A model generated the notes under the pieces. The model was not told where the DNA came from, made no database searches, and was given only the letters and a program-made list of their open reading frames with translations. Positions 39,531-49,703 of a stretch of DNA of 60,800 bases are shown here, in pieces; within the stretch, counting starts at the first letter, position 1; every line of letters starts with the position of its first letter. This DNA comes from Synechococcus sp. (lineage in GTDB: Bacteria > Cyanobacteriota > Cyanobacteriia > Thermostichales > PCC-7336): NCBI GenBank assembly GCA_051439605.1, contig JBFRWN010000113.1, positions 1 through 60,800 of the forward strand, written 5' to 3'. The translations under genes and the position numbers were made by a program.

Positions 39531-40472
39531 TCAGCCATGCACTCCATTGCTAGCAGGATTCCTGGGTTGACCATCGTGATGTTTCCCCCCTGCGATTTCT
39601 CGATATACGTGCTCGAGGCGGATGGGTTGGCGGGATACAGATTCTAAGGGAGTGTCATCAAAATAATCCACTAGCTGTTTGAGATCGATCGCCTCTGGAA
39701 GCCAGAATGCTAGTTCCTCTCCATAACTGCGGTAAGTCCATCCCAACGTTTGTGCCTTAGCGATCGCCTTTTGTGGCTCGGAGGTCTCGATAGTGATAAT
39801 TTCGCTGGCTGGAATTAAAGCTTTCAATTGCTGCAACGATCCTTCCGCAACAATGTGTCCACCCTTAAGAATGCCAATTCGATGACAGAGTCGTTCCGCC
39901 TCATCCAGTAAGTGGGTGGTGAGTAAGACTGCAATGTTTCGACGTTTCAGGTCGCGAATCAGTTGCCACACCTCGAACCGAGCTTCAATATCTAAGCCTG
40001 TCGTCGGCTCATCTAAGATCGCCAACTGTGGATGATGAATCAGAGCAATCGCAATATTTAGCCGCCTTTGCATGCCTCCACTGAGTGTAGATACGATACT
40101 GTCAGCACGATCGCTGAGACTTACTGCAGCTAGGCTGTCAGATATGCGCTGTTGTCGCTGATGAAGGGGTACCCCGTAAATGCGGGCAAAAAAGTCTAGG
40201 TTTTCTACACAAGTGAGGCTGTTGTAGAGCAGGGTATCTTGAGGGGCTAGGCCAACCTGCGATTTTGTATGCGAAGAAATATGTTTTCCATCAAACTTGA
40301 TAGTCCCGCTGTCCCATCGAAGTAGACCACAAATTAAGTTGATGGTGGTGGTTTTTCCGGCACCATTGGGACCCAGTAAGCCGTAAATTTCCCCTGCTTT
40401 AACCTCTAGCGAAAGGCGGTCGAGCACGAGGCGATCGCCGAACGACTTTGATACCCGCTCAACAGTCAGCAT
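39531..40472 (-). CDS. ABC exporter ATP-binding protein
   Basis: GPNGAGKTT, LSGGMQRR and LDEPT; TGATG overlap with the permease stop. Confidence 0.93.
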   Translation of the reverse strand: MLTVERVSKSFGDRLVLDRLSLEVKAGEIYGLLGPNGAGKTTTINLICGLLRWDSGTIKFDGKHISSHTKSQVGLAPQDTLLYNSLTCVENLDFFARIYGVPLHQRQQRISDSLAAVSLSDRADSIVSTLSGGMQRRLNIAIALIHHPQLAILDEPTTGLDIEARFEVWQLIRDLKRRNIAVLLTTHLLDEAERLCHRIGILKGGHIVAEGSLQQLKALIPASEIITIETSEPQKAIAKAQTLGWTYRSYGEELAFWLPEAIDLKQLVDYFDDTPLESVSRQPIRLEHVYREIAGGKHHDGQPRNPASNGVHG

Positions 40473-41248
40473 CACAATCTCCGCTCGAGGGACAACATCC
40501 GCCGGTAAGACCACCACCCCAGCAGCAGCATCGCAGCTGAAAAGATGGATAGAAATAAGAAATGAGGAGCAAAATCAAGCCACTTAGGGGTAGTATCTGT
40601 GGCCTCTAAAATCGCTTCGTTCATGTGATAGATGGGATTAAACTGAGCAGCAGCTAGCAGGGACTCAGGAAATATAAATGCAGGGATAAATGTTCCTCCC
40701 AGCACCAGTAGCGGCACGCCAAAGGTTGCCACTAAAGCATTCACATCTTCCGTTCGGCGTGCCAGTTGCGCCCCCAGAATGAATCCCACCCCCACATATC
40801 CAACAATACTGAGCAGCAGGGTGAGAACGGACCAAAGAACGGACCCGGTAAACGTTGCTCCCCAAACAGCTGCGAAAGCCAGCATCAAAACCGTTTGTCC
40901 AATACCAATCAAAACGTGGGCTGTTAGGATTCCGCAAAAATAGGCCCCACCACTGAGGGGCGAGACAAACAGGCGTTTGAGAGTTTGTTGTTCTCGCTCT
41001 GACACAACTGTCGCAACGCTTCCCCCCAGACAACTGAAAAATAAGGCTGCTCCAATCAACGTGACCGGAGCAGAGAACCCCATCGCCTCCGGCAGCAAAA
41101 TTTGACGGCGTTCTGCCAAGATCGCGCTGTTGAGAACTAATAAAACGAGGGGGAACAATCCCCAAAAGATCAAACTTCGACGTCGACGAACCAACTCGAG
41201 CAAGATGCGACGAGCCACAGCAATTACTTCGCGAATAAATTTGCCCAT
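40472..41248 (-). CDS. ABC-2 type permease
   Basis: Six TM helices, EREQQTLKRL.VSP and NPIYH. Confidence 0.9.
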   Translation of the reverse strand: MGKFIREVIAVARRILLELVRRRRSLIFWGLFPLVLLVLNSAILAERRQILLPEAMGFSAPVTLIGAALFFSCLGGSVATVVSEREQQTLKRLFVSPLSGGAYFCGILTAHVLIGIGQTVLMLAFAAVWGATFTGSVLWSVLTLLLSIVGYVGVGFILGAQLARRTEDVNALVATFGVPLLVLGGTFIPAFIFPESLLAAAQFNPIYHMNEAILEATDTTPKWLDFAPHFLFLSIFSAAMLLLGWWSYRRMLSLERRL

Positions 41249-41465
41249 AGCGGCTGTCAACGGACCAACTGTTGTTAGTATGGCCTCCACAATCTGTAGT
41301 GTCTAGCCCTCTCTTTAAGCAACGGGTACGCTATAGGTAGATTATGAGAGTTTGCTGGGAGTACCTTGGATTGTTCAGTGGGTTCCAACTCCATGACTGA
41401 ACCCACTAGGTCCAAACGTTCTCTTTACACGCCAGACCTCTGACATTCTGTAGAGACTTTTGCCC

Positions 41466-43403
41466 ATGGTCTTGCCCAAACAGCTTTCCGAGCAGCCTCT
41501 TTCTCGCCGCAGCTTTCTGCAACTAGCTGGGGCTTCTACCGCCTTAGGTACCGTTGGCTATAGTAGGGTCCACAAGCCTGAGCCCAGCTTGCACCAACAG
41601 GACCTGCTGGAATTGCCCTATCACTTGGGAGATCGTCCAAAATCGGTCGCGATCGTTGGGGGAGGATTGGCGGGATTAGCGTCAGCCTACGAACTCAGCC
41701 AGCGGGGGTTTGCTGTCACGCTGCTGGAAAAAGCGCCCCAGCTGGGGGGGAAAATTGCCAGTTGGGATATTCAGGTGAATGGAGAACCCCTGCGAATGGA
41801 GCATGGCTTCCATGGGTTTTTCCCCCAGTATTACAATCTCAAAAGTATCGAGCGAGAGTTAGCGATTCGGGATAACTTTCTGTCGCTAGACTCTTATGCC
41901 GTCGTATACAAGGATTCCTATCAACCTGAAATTTTTAAACCGAGCCATTCTGCTTTTCCCTGGAATGTTGTCGACCTGGGCTTGTCCTCTCAAAATTCGT
42001 TGAAGTGGGGAATTAACCTCACGAAACCTGCCCACTGGAAGGTCTTTAGGGAAATTATTGGATTTCAGCCCGTGAAAAGCTACCAGCGGCTGGATGATAT
42101 TTCAGTGGCGGAATGGGTGGCAGGAGACTTTCCTCAAGGGCTGTACGATCTGTACTTTTTACCCTTTGCAAAATCCAGCCTCAACGCCCCCGACCGACTC
42201 AGTGCTGGGGAGCTGATGCAGTTTTTTCATTTCTATTTCTTCGGTAATCCAGAAGGGTTGGCCTTTGAGGGATCTCGACAGGATATGGGACGCAGCCTCG
42301 TGGAGCCGATCGCCAATGCTATCCGCAGCAATGGAGGAACCATCTTGACCGATGCCACCGTCAGCGCCGTGCAGTGGGAACATGGAGACATTGCTTCTTT
42401 GGATTACCATCTGGGGGCTGGATGCAACGATGTTCCCTTTTGGGTGCCCCGCAACGAGCCGTTGAGTCAGGGCGATCGCCCAGTTTTTGGGGCTGGGGAT
42501 AACGAATATGCGGCAGCAGCAGATAGCGACCGGATACTGTCGTTAACCTGCACCCACCAAGGGTGTACCGTTCAGGTGGGTGACGATGGACTCTTTCACT
42601 GTCCCTGCCATGGAGCCGTGTTTGATAGCAACGGCAAAGTGCAGAGCGGTCCTGCGCAACGGGACTTAGAACAGTTCAAAGTGGCGGCAAAATCGGAGGA
42701 TGGGGTGCAGTTAGTGGCCCGTACCCCCCGCCCCCAAGAGACGTTAAACCTCGCCGCCGACTATTACATCTTTGCGGCTGATGTGCCGGGAGTGAGGCAA
42801 CTATTTTCGCTATCAACTGGGGAAGTGGATGAAGCACTACAAGAACAGGTCAGTCAGTTGGAGGTTGCCGATCCTTTTGCCGTAACCCGCATGTGGTTTG
42901 ACAGAGATTTTGAGTGGGAGTTTAGTAATTTTACGTCGCTATCTGGCTATCAGCTCACCGACAGCATCACCCTCTATCACCGCATCCAAGAGGATTACGT
43001 GGATTGGGCGGCCCGCACGGGAGGCAGCGTTGTAGAACTACATGCCTATTGCTATAAAGAGGCAGAATTTCCCACGCAACAGGCTCTGTTAGATACCTTC
43101 GAGCGAGAACTGTACGAAATCGTTCCTGCATTAGCCGATGCCACCATGCTGCATCGTGAGATAGTCAATCAAAAGAATTTCGCTGGGTTTCCCCCCGGCA
43201 GCAACTCCGCCCGGCCTAGCAGCCGAACCTCTACCCCCAACCTGATGGTGGCAGGGGATTGGGTCAATATGCCCTTCCCCTGCGGCCTGATGGAAAGGGC
43301 CGTGAGCAGCGGACTGCTGGCGGCTAACGAAATTTTGAGCCAAGAGGGGCTGCAGCGGCGGGTGCTGCTGAGCGTTATGCCGGAAGGGGTGCTGCAAATT
43401 TAG
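41466..43403 (+). CDS. cruE: CrtU/CruE-type carotenoid ring desaturase/methyltransferase with Rieske insert
   Basis: GGGLAG FAD site, EHGFHGFFPQYYN, CTHQGC...CPCHG Rieske motif and MERAV..G..AAN. Confidence 0.78.
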   Translation: MVLPKQLSEQPLSRRSFLQLAGASTALGTVGYSRVHKPEPSLHQQDLLELPYHLGDRPKSVAIVGGGLAGLASAYELSQRGFAVTLLEKAPQLGGKIASWDIQVNGEPLRMEHGFHGFFPQYYNLKSIERELAIRDNFLSLDSYAVVYKDSYQPEIFKPSHSAFPWNVVDLGLSSQNSLKWGINLTKPAHWKVFREIIGFQPVKSYQRLDDISVAEWVAGDFPQGLYDLYFLPFAKSSLNAPDRLSAGELMQFFHFYFFGNPEGLAFEGSRQDMGRSLVEPIANAIRSNGGTILTDATVSAVQWEHGDIASLDYHLGAGCNDVPFWVPRNEPLSQGDRPVFGAGDNEYAAAADSDRILSLTCTHQGCTVQVGDDGLFHCPCHGAVFDSNGKVQSGPAQRDLEQFKVAAKSEDGVQLVARTPRPQETLNLAADYYIFAADVPGVRQLFSLSTGEVDEALQEQVSQLEVADPFAVTRMWFDRDFEWEFSNFTSLSGYQLTDSITLYHRIQEDYVDWAARTGGSVVELHAYCYKEAEFPTQQALLDTFERELYEIVPALADATMLHREIVNQKNFAGFPPGSNSARPSSRTSTPNLMVAGDWVNMPFPCGLMERAVSSGLLAANEILSQEGLQRRVLLSVMPEGVLQI

Positions 43404-43468
43404 GATCGATTTTACCCAATTGAAATGGCCCCATATGTAACAGCAACAATTCAGGGATAGGATGCGAG

Positions 43469-44647
43469 ATGACGGCACACATCACCCGACCAGATGATCT
43501 GGAACAGTCTTTGGATCGGGAAGAGCTGCAGCCACTGCAGACAGAACAACCACCTCAGCGCGAAACATCATCAACAAAGTTCAGCCTACGAAAGGCAACC
43601 ATTAACCCAAACCACTGGTATGCGGTAGCACGCGAAGTAGAGGTCACCGATCGCCCTTTGGCCGTGACGTTCTGGAACGAAAACATCGTGCTGTTTCGCA
43701 ACAGCGGTGGTGAGATTCGAGCATTAGAAAACCGCTGTCCCCACCGCCAAGTGCAGCTCGGCCACGGCTGCGTGAAGGGCGATCGGATTGTGTGTGCTTA
43801 TCACGGTTGGGAATTTGATGGTGCTGGAAGCTGTGTCGGCATTCCTTACCTGACTGAAAACCAGCGATTACCCCACTGCCAAGTCCGCAGCTATGCCGTG
43901 CAACAAAAGGATGGATTTATCTGGGTTTTTCCGGGCAATGCGGAACTAGCGGGGGAGAGGGAGCCGCTGTCGCTGCCCGAATGGAATCATCTCAATTTCA
44001 TTGCTGCCGTCACTCCTGTAGATGTGCGAGCCCACTTTTCTTACTTGATTGAAAATTTGATGGATATGTACCACGGGCATTTACATGACGATCTGCAGGC
44101 TTGGGCAAATGCCAAGTTGAAGGGGCTGGAGTCGAGCTACCGCCGCGTCGATGCCCATTACGAAGCCGAGAGCTACTACACAATCGACAAGATTTATTCA
44201 GTAGCCCAGCTATTCGTGAGAGCGCTACGGAAATTACATCCCGAGCCACTGGATGTGAGTTACGTCTATCCCAACTGGGTGGCTACGCTGGGGGAAGAGT
44301 TTAAAATTGTTTGTCTCTTTTGTCCGGTGAGCGAAACCCACACCCGCGCCTATCTGATGCACTTTACCTCCCTCAAGCCGTTTTGGCGGCTACACAAGCT
44401 ACCGGTTTGGTTCCGCCGCTGGGTAAAAAACCTCTGCTTTAATACCGCTCGGGGAATGCTGGTGGGATTGGTCGAACAGGATGTGTTGATGATTGAAGAG
44501 GAACAGCAGTCCCACGATCGCTATCCCGACCGTAAAAACTTTGAGTTGAATCCAGCGGTAGGGGCGGTGCAGAAATTGATTCGCCAACAGGCGGAAAATT
44601 GTCAGAGACAAGCAATACAAAGAGACACAGATGTACCGTGTCGCTAG
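43469..44647 (+). CDS. cruH: Rieske non-heme iron oxygenase (CruH-like)
   Basis: CPHR...CAYHGW and ENLMDMYHGHLH; identity inferred from the family and the adjacent cruE-like gene. Confidence 0.62.
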   Translation: MTAHITRPDDLEQSLDREELQPLQTEQPPQRETSSTKFSLRKATINPNHWYAVAREVEVTDRPLAVTFWNENIVLFRNSGGEIRALENRCPHRQVQLGHGCVKGDRIVCAYHGWEFDGAGSCVGIPYLTENQRLPHCQVRSYAVQQKDGFIWVFPGNAELAGEREPLSLPEWNHLNFIAAVTPVDVRAHFSYLIENLMDMYHGHLHDDLQAWANAKLKGLESSYRRVDAHYEAESYYTIDKIYSVAQLFVRALRKLHPEPLDVSYVYPNWVATLGEEFKIVCLFCPVSETHTRAYLMHFTSLKPFWRLHKLPVWFRRWVKNLCFNTARGMLVGLVEQDVLMIEEEQQSHDRYPDRKNFELNPAVGAVQKLIRQQAENCQRQAIQRDTDVPCR

Positions 44648-44709
44648 ATTGGCCAGAGCTGGAGAGACCAACAATGCATAGCATCTGGTGTCAGTCCTCC
44701 TGAATGACC

Positions 44710-45930
44710 TTATTCCAATGCGCTCGCCACCATATTTACAGTGCGCACCTGCAAGGATTGCCGAATGCCGTTGCGATCGACTTCGATCCGCAGGTTTTTA
44801 CCCACGCCAGCCGCTTCGACAGCTGCCTGTAGATCTTCGGCAGAGGCAATCTCCTGACGACCGACCTTTAAGATGACGTCCCCCGATCGCAAACCCGCTG
44901 CGGCAGCCGGAGATTCGGGGACCACTCGCACCACTAGAACGCCGCTATCTCGCTCTACGTATAAGCCGCTGTTGGGATTGCTGTTGAAGCGATCGCGCAC
45001 TTCGGAAGTCAGCGTCACTAAGTTTACGCCAATGTAAGGATGCTCAACGGTTTTGCCCCGAGCCAACAGGGTTACTACTTTCTTCTCGGTATTGATGGGA
45101 ATGGCAAACCCAATGCCTTGGGCATTTGCCCGGATAGCAGTGTTGATGCCAATCACTTCACCCTGCTTATTCAGCAAAGGTCCACCAGAGTTGCCGGGAT
45201 TAATGGCGGCATCGGTTTGGATGAAGTCCAGGCGCTTGTCGGAGATGCCCACCTCGGCGCTAGAGCGGTTCAGGGTGCTGACAATACCGAGGGTGACGGT
45301 GCTATCTAGTCCTAAAGGGTTGCCTAAAGCGATCGCCCAGTCCCCCACCTGAACGGAGTCTGAATCCCCCAAGGGGGCTATAGGTAGGTTGTCACCTTCG
45401 ATTTTGACCACAGCCAAATCGAGCACTTCGTCGATACCGCGCACTTTCCCCTCAAAGGAGCGTCCGTCCGTCAGGAGCACGGTAACCGTGTCGGCTTTGT
45501 CCACAACGTGGGCATTCGTCACCACCAAGCCTGATTTATCTACAATGAACCCTGACCCCTGCCCGCGAGTGCGGTACTCCTGCTCTTGCGGAGCCTGAAA
45601 AAAGTTATCGCCGAAAAAATCCCGGAAAAAGGGATCTCTTGAAAACGTATCGAAGGGGGAGCGCAATTGCCGCACAATTGTTTGTTCGGTGTCGATCCGC
45701 ACAACGGCGGGTTCCACGCGATTGACTGCCCGCACCACAAAATTATCGGCGGTGGCAGAGCGATCGACCTCCTGATTTAGCTCGAACAGCGGCTCTCCAG
45801 AAGCTTGGCTGTGGGCCAAGGCTAGGGAGGTGTTGGCAACAGCTGGTGCTGTCCAACTGCTGAAGACAAAAGAACTTAAGATCAGGGATATTGATAGCGC
45901 CAGCACAGCTAGCGATCGCATCAATCCCAT
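44710..45930 (-). CDS. HtrA/HhoA-family serine protease with PDZ domain
   Basis: GSGFI, TNAHV, DLAV, GNSGGPL and an N-terminal signal/TM; AAGGAG SD. Confidence 0.94.
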   Translation of the reverse strand: MGLMRSLAVLALSISLILSSFVFSSWTAPAVANTSLALAHSQASGEPLFELNQEVDRSATADNFVVRAVNRVEPAVVRIDTEQTIVRQLRSPFDTFSRDPFFRDFFGDNFFQAPQEQEYRTRGQGSGFIVDKSGLVVTNAHVVDKADTVTVLLTDGRSFEGKVRGIDEVLDLAVVKIEGDNLPIAPLGDSDSVQVGDWAIALGNPLGLDSTVTLGIVSTLNRSSAEVGISDKRLDFIQTDAAINPGNSGGPLLNKQGEVIGINTAIRANAQGIGFAIPINTEKKVVTLLARGKTVEHPYIGVNLVTLTSEVRDRFNSNPNSGLYVERDSGVLVVRVVPESPAAAAGLRSGDVILKVGRQEIASAEDLQAAVEAAGVGKNLRIEVDRNGIRQSLQVRTVNMVASALE

Positions 45931-46183
45931 GGCATTCACTCCTTTTATGTGCGGGTTGAGGTAGGGTTTGAGTCGCGACACGAACTTGGATCTCAATACA
46001 TTAGGATGCCATTCATAGCACGACAGCTATGAGAGGCCGGCAAACTCATGATATTTAGAGCATATCGAACGATCTTTTTAACAACCATCTGTACGGACGG
46101 GCATTAAGCGAGTAGGATAGTAGATCGCTGCTCAACTAAAATTGCAGCTACTCTATTCTAGTCATCGCTCTGGAGAACTCTGC

Positions 46184-46795
46184 ATGTCCCGCTTCACAGG
46201 CCCTCGCCTGAAAGTCGTACGCCGCTTCGGTGGGCTCGATTTGCCAGGTTTGACCCGCAAGCGCGCGAAAAACACCAATCCTCCCGGTCAGCATGGTGGT
46301 GCTCGCAAGAAGAAGTCGGAGTATGCGGTTCGTCTGGAGGAGAAACAGAAGGTTCGCTATAACTACGGCATTACCGAGAAGCAGATGGTGCGCTACATGA
46401 AAAAGGCCCGTCGCTCCAAAGGTTCCACTGGTTTGATGCTGCTTCAGCTTCTAGAAATGCGGTTGGATTGCATTGTGTTCCGCTTGGGTATGGGGCCCAC
46501 TATTCCTGCGGCTCGTCAGGTGGTGAACCACGGTCATATTTTGGTGAACGGTCGTAAGGTCACCATTCCTAGCTACGAGTGCAAGGTGGGTGACGTGATT
46601 ACCGTGCGCAACAATGACACGTCACGCAAGCTGGTGGCGAACTACGCCGAGTATCCCGGTTTGTTCTTGCCCGACTACCTTGAGTTTGATAAGGATGCTT
46701 TGAAGGGTCGTATTAAGGAATTGCCTCCTCGCGAAGCGGTATGTGCCCCCGTGAACGAGCTGCTGGTGGTGGAATATTACTCCCGAAAGCTATAA
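46184..46795 (+). CDS. rpsD: 30S ribosomal protein S4
   Basis: [27 protein letters not shown] and VVEYYSR. Confidence 0.97.
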   Translation: MSRFTGPRLKVVRRFGGLDLPGLTRKRAKNTNPPGQHGGARKKKSEYAVRLEEKQKVRYNYGITEKQMVRYMKKARRSKGSTGLMLLQLLEMRLDCIVFRLGMGPTIPAARQVVNHGHILVNGRKVTIPSYECKVGDVITVRNNDTSRKLVANYAEYPGLFLPDYLEFDKDALKGRIKELPPREAVCAPVNELLVVEYYSRKL

Positions 46796-46820
46796 TTTCT
46801 GGCTCCAATTTGGGCGATGG

Positions 46821-46846
46821 AGGGCTCTTGCAGAAGGGCCCTTTTT
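46821..46846 (+). terminator. Intrinsic terminator of rpsD
   Basis: AGGGCTCTT-GCAG-AAGGGCCCT followed by a T run. Confidence 0.75.
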
Positions 46847-46895
46847 GGATTTTTTGCTTGTTGCGCTCGGCCTCAATGGATTTAATGGAAAGGAT

Positions 46896-48317
46896 TTAGC
46901 TCTCCGCGGCGTCGGTTTGCAGACGGGTTTTCAGTTCTCCTTTGATGCGGGCCACAATGGATTTTTCATCGACGGTTTCTAGGATTTGGGCGATCGCCGA
47001 TTTTGGCCCTCGTGGTCCCCAAGATGCGCCGCGAGCAAGATAGTAGGTGGCAGCTTTGCCGATAGCATAGGAGGATACTCCAGCGACGGCAGCTTGGGTG
47101 GCGGCGACTGAGGCATAGGCCCCCAAAGATAATCCGCCGGTGACTGGGGCTGCACCGCCAAATAGGGTTTTTAAGGATCCCAATCCTAATGTGGCGAGCA
47201 TTTCTCCTGCGCCGATGCTGCCCATACTGATGGCGATGGTTTGGAGCAGTTTTGTGGCCCCCGTGCGGGTCATGGGGATTCCGTAGAGCTGGGACAGCTT
47301 GAGGATTAACACCACATCTACGACTGCGCCGCCGATGGTGTCAAGGATGGTGATGGGGTTAAATGCGACGGCCATGGCTTTGATGCGGGCGGCATTCCAC
47401 ACGAGCTGGTCAGCCAACTCGCCGCGAATTTCTAGCTTGCGTTTGACGATCGCCTCGTTCAACTCGTCTGCAAACAACAGCGTGTTGAGGGCCATCAGCG
47501 ATCGCCCTTCCCGATGCAGCACCTCCAGAATTTTCAGCTTGAGTTGTTCTACCTTTGGCGGACCGTCCACTAGTTTTGCGGAGAGGGTGCCATCGCGATT
47601 GACGATGGGCTTGGCCACTCGGGGGGAGGAGGCCGCCATGACCACTTCGTCGGGGGACAACAACTCCTTGACGCGATCGCTGCGGATTTTGTTGTAGACG
47701 GTGCGGCGATCGGCTTCAGGGAATTGGTCGACCTTATTGAACACTAGCAGTATAGGTTTGCTGGCTTCCCGCAGAGCAGCTAGGGCATCGAACTCCACTC
47801 GGGTAATGTCTCCTGCTACCACGAACAAAATCAGTTCGGCCTGGCGAGCCACCTGCCTCGCTAGATCTGCGCGGGCTTCCCCATCCACTTCGTCGATGCC
47901 GGGGGTGTCCAGTAGCTGCAACCTAGCGCCTCCCATACTAGGGGCAGTGACTTTAACGATGGCAGTGCTTCTGGAGTTGGGGCGAACGGGGGAGCGGGAG
48001 GGGATAGGTTCGCGATTCACTTCCCATTCCACTGCCTGTTGCCGTTGGGTAACACCGTGGATGGGGCCGGTTTGGAAGACCCGTTGGCCGACAAGGGCAT
48101 TGAGCAAGGAGGATTTTCCGGTGCCCACACGACCGAAAGCGGCGATATGAATAACGTCGTTTTCCAGCTTGCTGGCAAAGTTTTCCAGCTCACTGAGATC
48201 CCGTTCCAAACCCGCTTTTTCTCTCGCATTCAGATCGATTGACGCGACCAACTTATGCAGGCTCTCTTTGGCCCGCTGAAAGTTGAGATCGTCCTGTAGA
48301 GAGGCCCATTCCGGCAT
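46896..48317 (-). CDS. Era-like GTPase with DUF697 (YcjF) domain
   Basis: GRVGTGKSS, DTPG, NKVD and a hydrophobic C-terminal domain. Confidence 0.88.
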   Translation of the reverse strand: MPEWASLQDDLNFQRAKESLHKLVASIDLNAREKAGLERDLSELENFASKLENDVIHIAAFGRVGTGKSSLLNALVGQRVFQTGPIHGVTQRQQAVEWEVNREPIPSRSPVRPNSRSTAIVKVTAPSMGGARLQLLDTPGIDEVDGEARADLARQVARQAELILFVVAGDITRVEFDALAALREASKPILLVFNKVDQFPEADRRTVYNKIRSDRVKELLSPDEVVMAASSPRVAKPIVNRDGTLSAKLVDGPPKVEQLKLKILEVLHREGRSLMALNTLLFADELNEAIVKRKLEIRGELADQLVWNAARIKAMAVAFNPITILDTIGGAVVDVVLILKLSQLYGIPMTRTGATKLLQTIAISMGSIGAGEMLATLGLGSLKTLFGGAAPVTGGLSLGAYASVAATQAAVAGVSSYAIGKAATYYLARGASWGPRGPKSAIAQILETVDEKSIVARIKGELKTRLQTDAAES

Positions 48318-48536
48318 AAAGCATTTCCACCCTCAAGTAGCTTTAGTCTATCCCGCTGGGTTTATTGTTTGTTTGCATGGGTGCTATCTGAGTTGGACCT
48401 CGTCGCTGATAAGAAACGGAACCGCCTCTTCATTGCCAACGACATCAAGGTCTTCACCCTCTTCTTCAAAGACTTCCACAACACCACACTGTTTTTCTTT
48501 CAGCTCGCGATCGTTGTACCCGAATAACTCGTAGAG

Positions 48537-48580
48537 AGCTAAACACTAACCCCCCCCTGAATTTCAGCGAGTGTTTAGCT
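48537..48580. other. Inverted repeat in the lysR-divergent intergenic region
   Basis: AGCTAAACACT...AGTGTTTAGCT, perfect 11 bp, enclosing a C8 run and CTGAA-T-TTCAG. Confidence 0.6.
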
Positions 48581-48595
48581 TTACCAATTGAATAT

Positions 48596-48610
48596 ATGAA
48601 AGAAATTCAT
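48596..48610. promoter_or_regulatory. Candidate LysR recognition box
   Basis: ATGAA-N5-TTCAT perfect dyad (T-N11-A) about 70 nt upstream of the lysR ATG. Confidence 0.6.
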
Positions 48611-48681
48611 GTTCATCCCGAGACATTCCCGCTAAGATGCTGCCAAACCAAAATAGAATGCTTCATGCGGGAGGACATGCC

Positions 48682-49593
48682 ATGATAGGCGCCCTGGGGC
48701 TCAACCGCATCAAACTTTCTCAGCTGCGAGCTCTTGTGGCCGTAGCGGACTGCAGCAATTTTAGCGAGGCTGCGCTTCTGATTGGAGTGTCCCAATCAGC
48801 CATCAGCCACGCGATCGCCACCTTGGAAAAAGAGCTCGGGGTACAGTTGCTCTCTCGCGGTCGTCATGGGGCTTATCTGACCCCTGCCGGCAATACTGTA
48901 GTTGAGAAAGCGCGAGATATCCTAGAAGGTGTAGAGGGACTTGTCCAAGAGGCAAATCTTCATAAGGGGCTTCAGGGTGGGCAGGTACGGATTGCAACGT
49001 TTAGAAGCGTCGCGACGCACATCTTGCCAAAGGTAATGGCAACCTTCCAACAGCTTTATCCCAACATTTCCGTTGCGATTAGCGAGTTGCACGATTTTCC
49101 TCATGTCAATCGCAGCTTAAGAGAGGGAAGCACCGATATCGGCTTCACGTATCTTCCCTGCCCCAAAGAGTTTGAAGTGTGGGAAATTCTGCGCGATGAA
49201 TATGTTGTGCTTTTGCCGCCGTCATCTCCACCGAGAAACTCGCACCTAAGCTGGGAAGAGCTGGCAAATTACCCGCTGATCGTTCCCCCCGAAACCGATA
49301 GTTGTAGTTTTATCGTGCGCAAGCATTTTGAATCTCATAACCAGTCTTGGAAACCCGTATACCGGTTTCGCGAAGATAGTACGAGCGTCCAGATGGTTGT
49401 GCGAGGGTTTGGGGCGGCCATTCTACCCAGGTTAGCCGCCGACCCGGTTCCTCCAGACGTACATATATGCAGTCTCCCCGTCAAACTTGAGCGAGTGATT
49501 GGGGCAGCCGTGATGGAGGATGCTCTACTTACGCCTGCAGCCTTTGCTTTCCTTGAAACCTTGAGAAGCTGGGCAAAATCGATAGAGGGATAG
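48682..49593 (+). CDS. LysR-family transcriptional regulator
   Basis: NFSEAA..IGVSQSAISHAIATLEKELG HTH; GGAGGA SD before ATG 48682. Confidence 0.93.
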   Translation: MIGALGLNRIKLSQLRALVAVADCSNFSEAALLIGVSQSAISHAIATLEKELGVQLLSRGRHGAYLTPAGNTVVEKARDILEGVEGLVQEANLHKGLQGGQVRIATFRSVATHILPKVMATFQQLYPNISVAISELHDFPHVNRSLREGSTDIGFTYLPCPKEFEVWEILRDEYVVLLPPSSPPRNSHLSWEELANYPLIVPPETDSCSFIVRKHFESHNQSWKPVYRFREDSTSVQMVVRGFGAAILPRLAADPVPPDVHICSLPVKLERVIGAAVMEDALLTPAAFAFLETLRSWAKSIEG

Positions 49594-49703
49594 CTGGCTC
49601 CACACTGTCAATTTGAAGGTGATTTTGCTGGTAGATACGGAGAACAGCTGGTATCCAACATCGCAATGGGAAATACCAACTGTTCGTTTAGATGAGGATG
49701 TGT

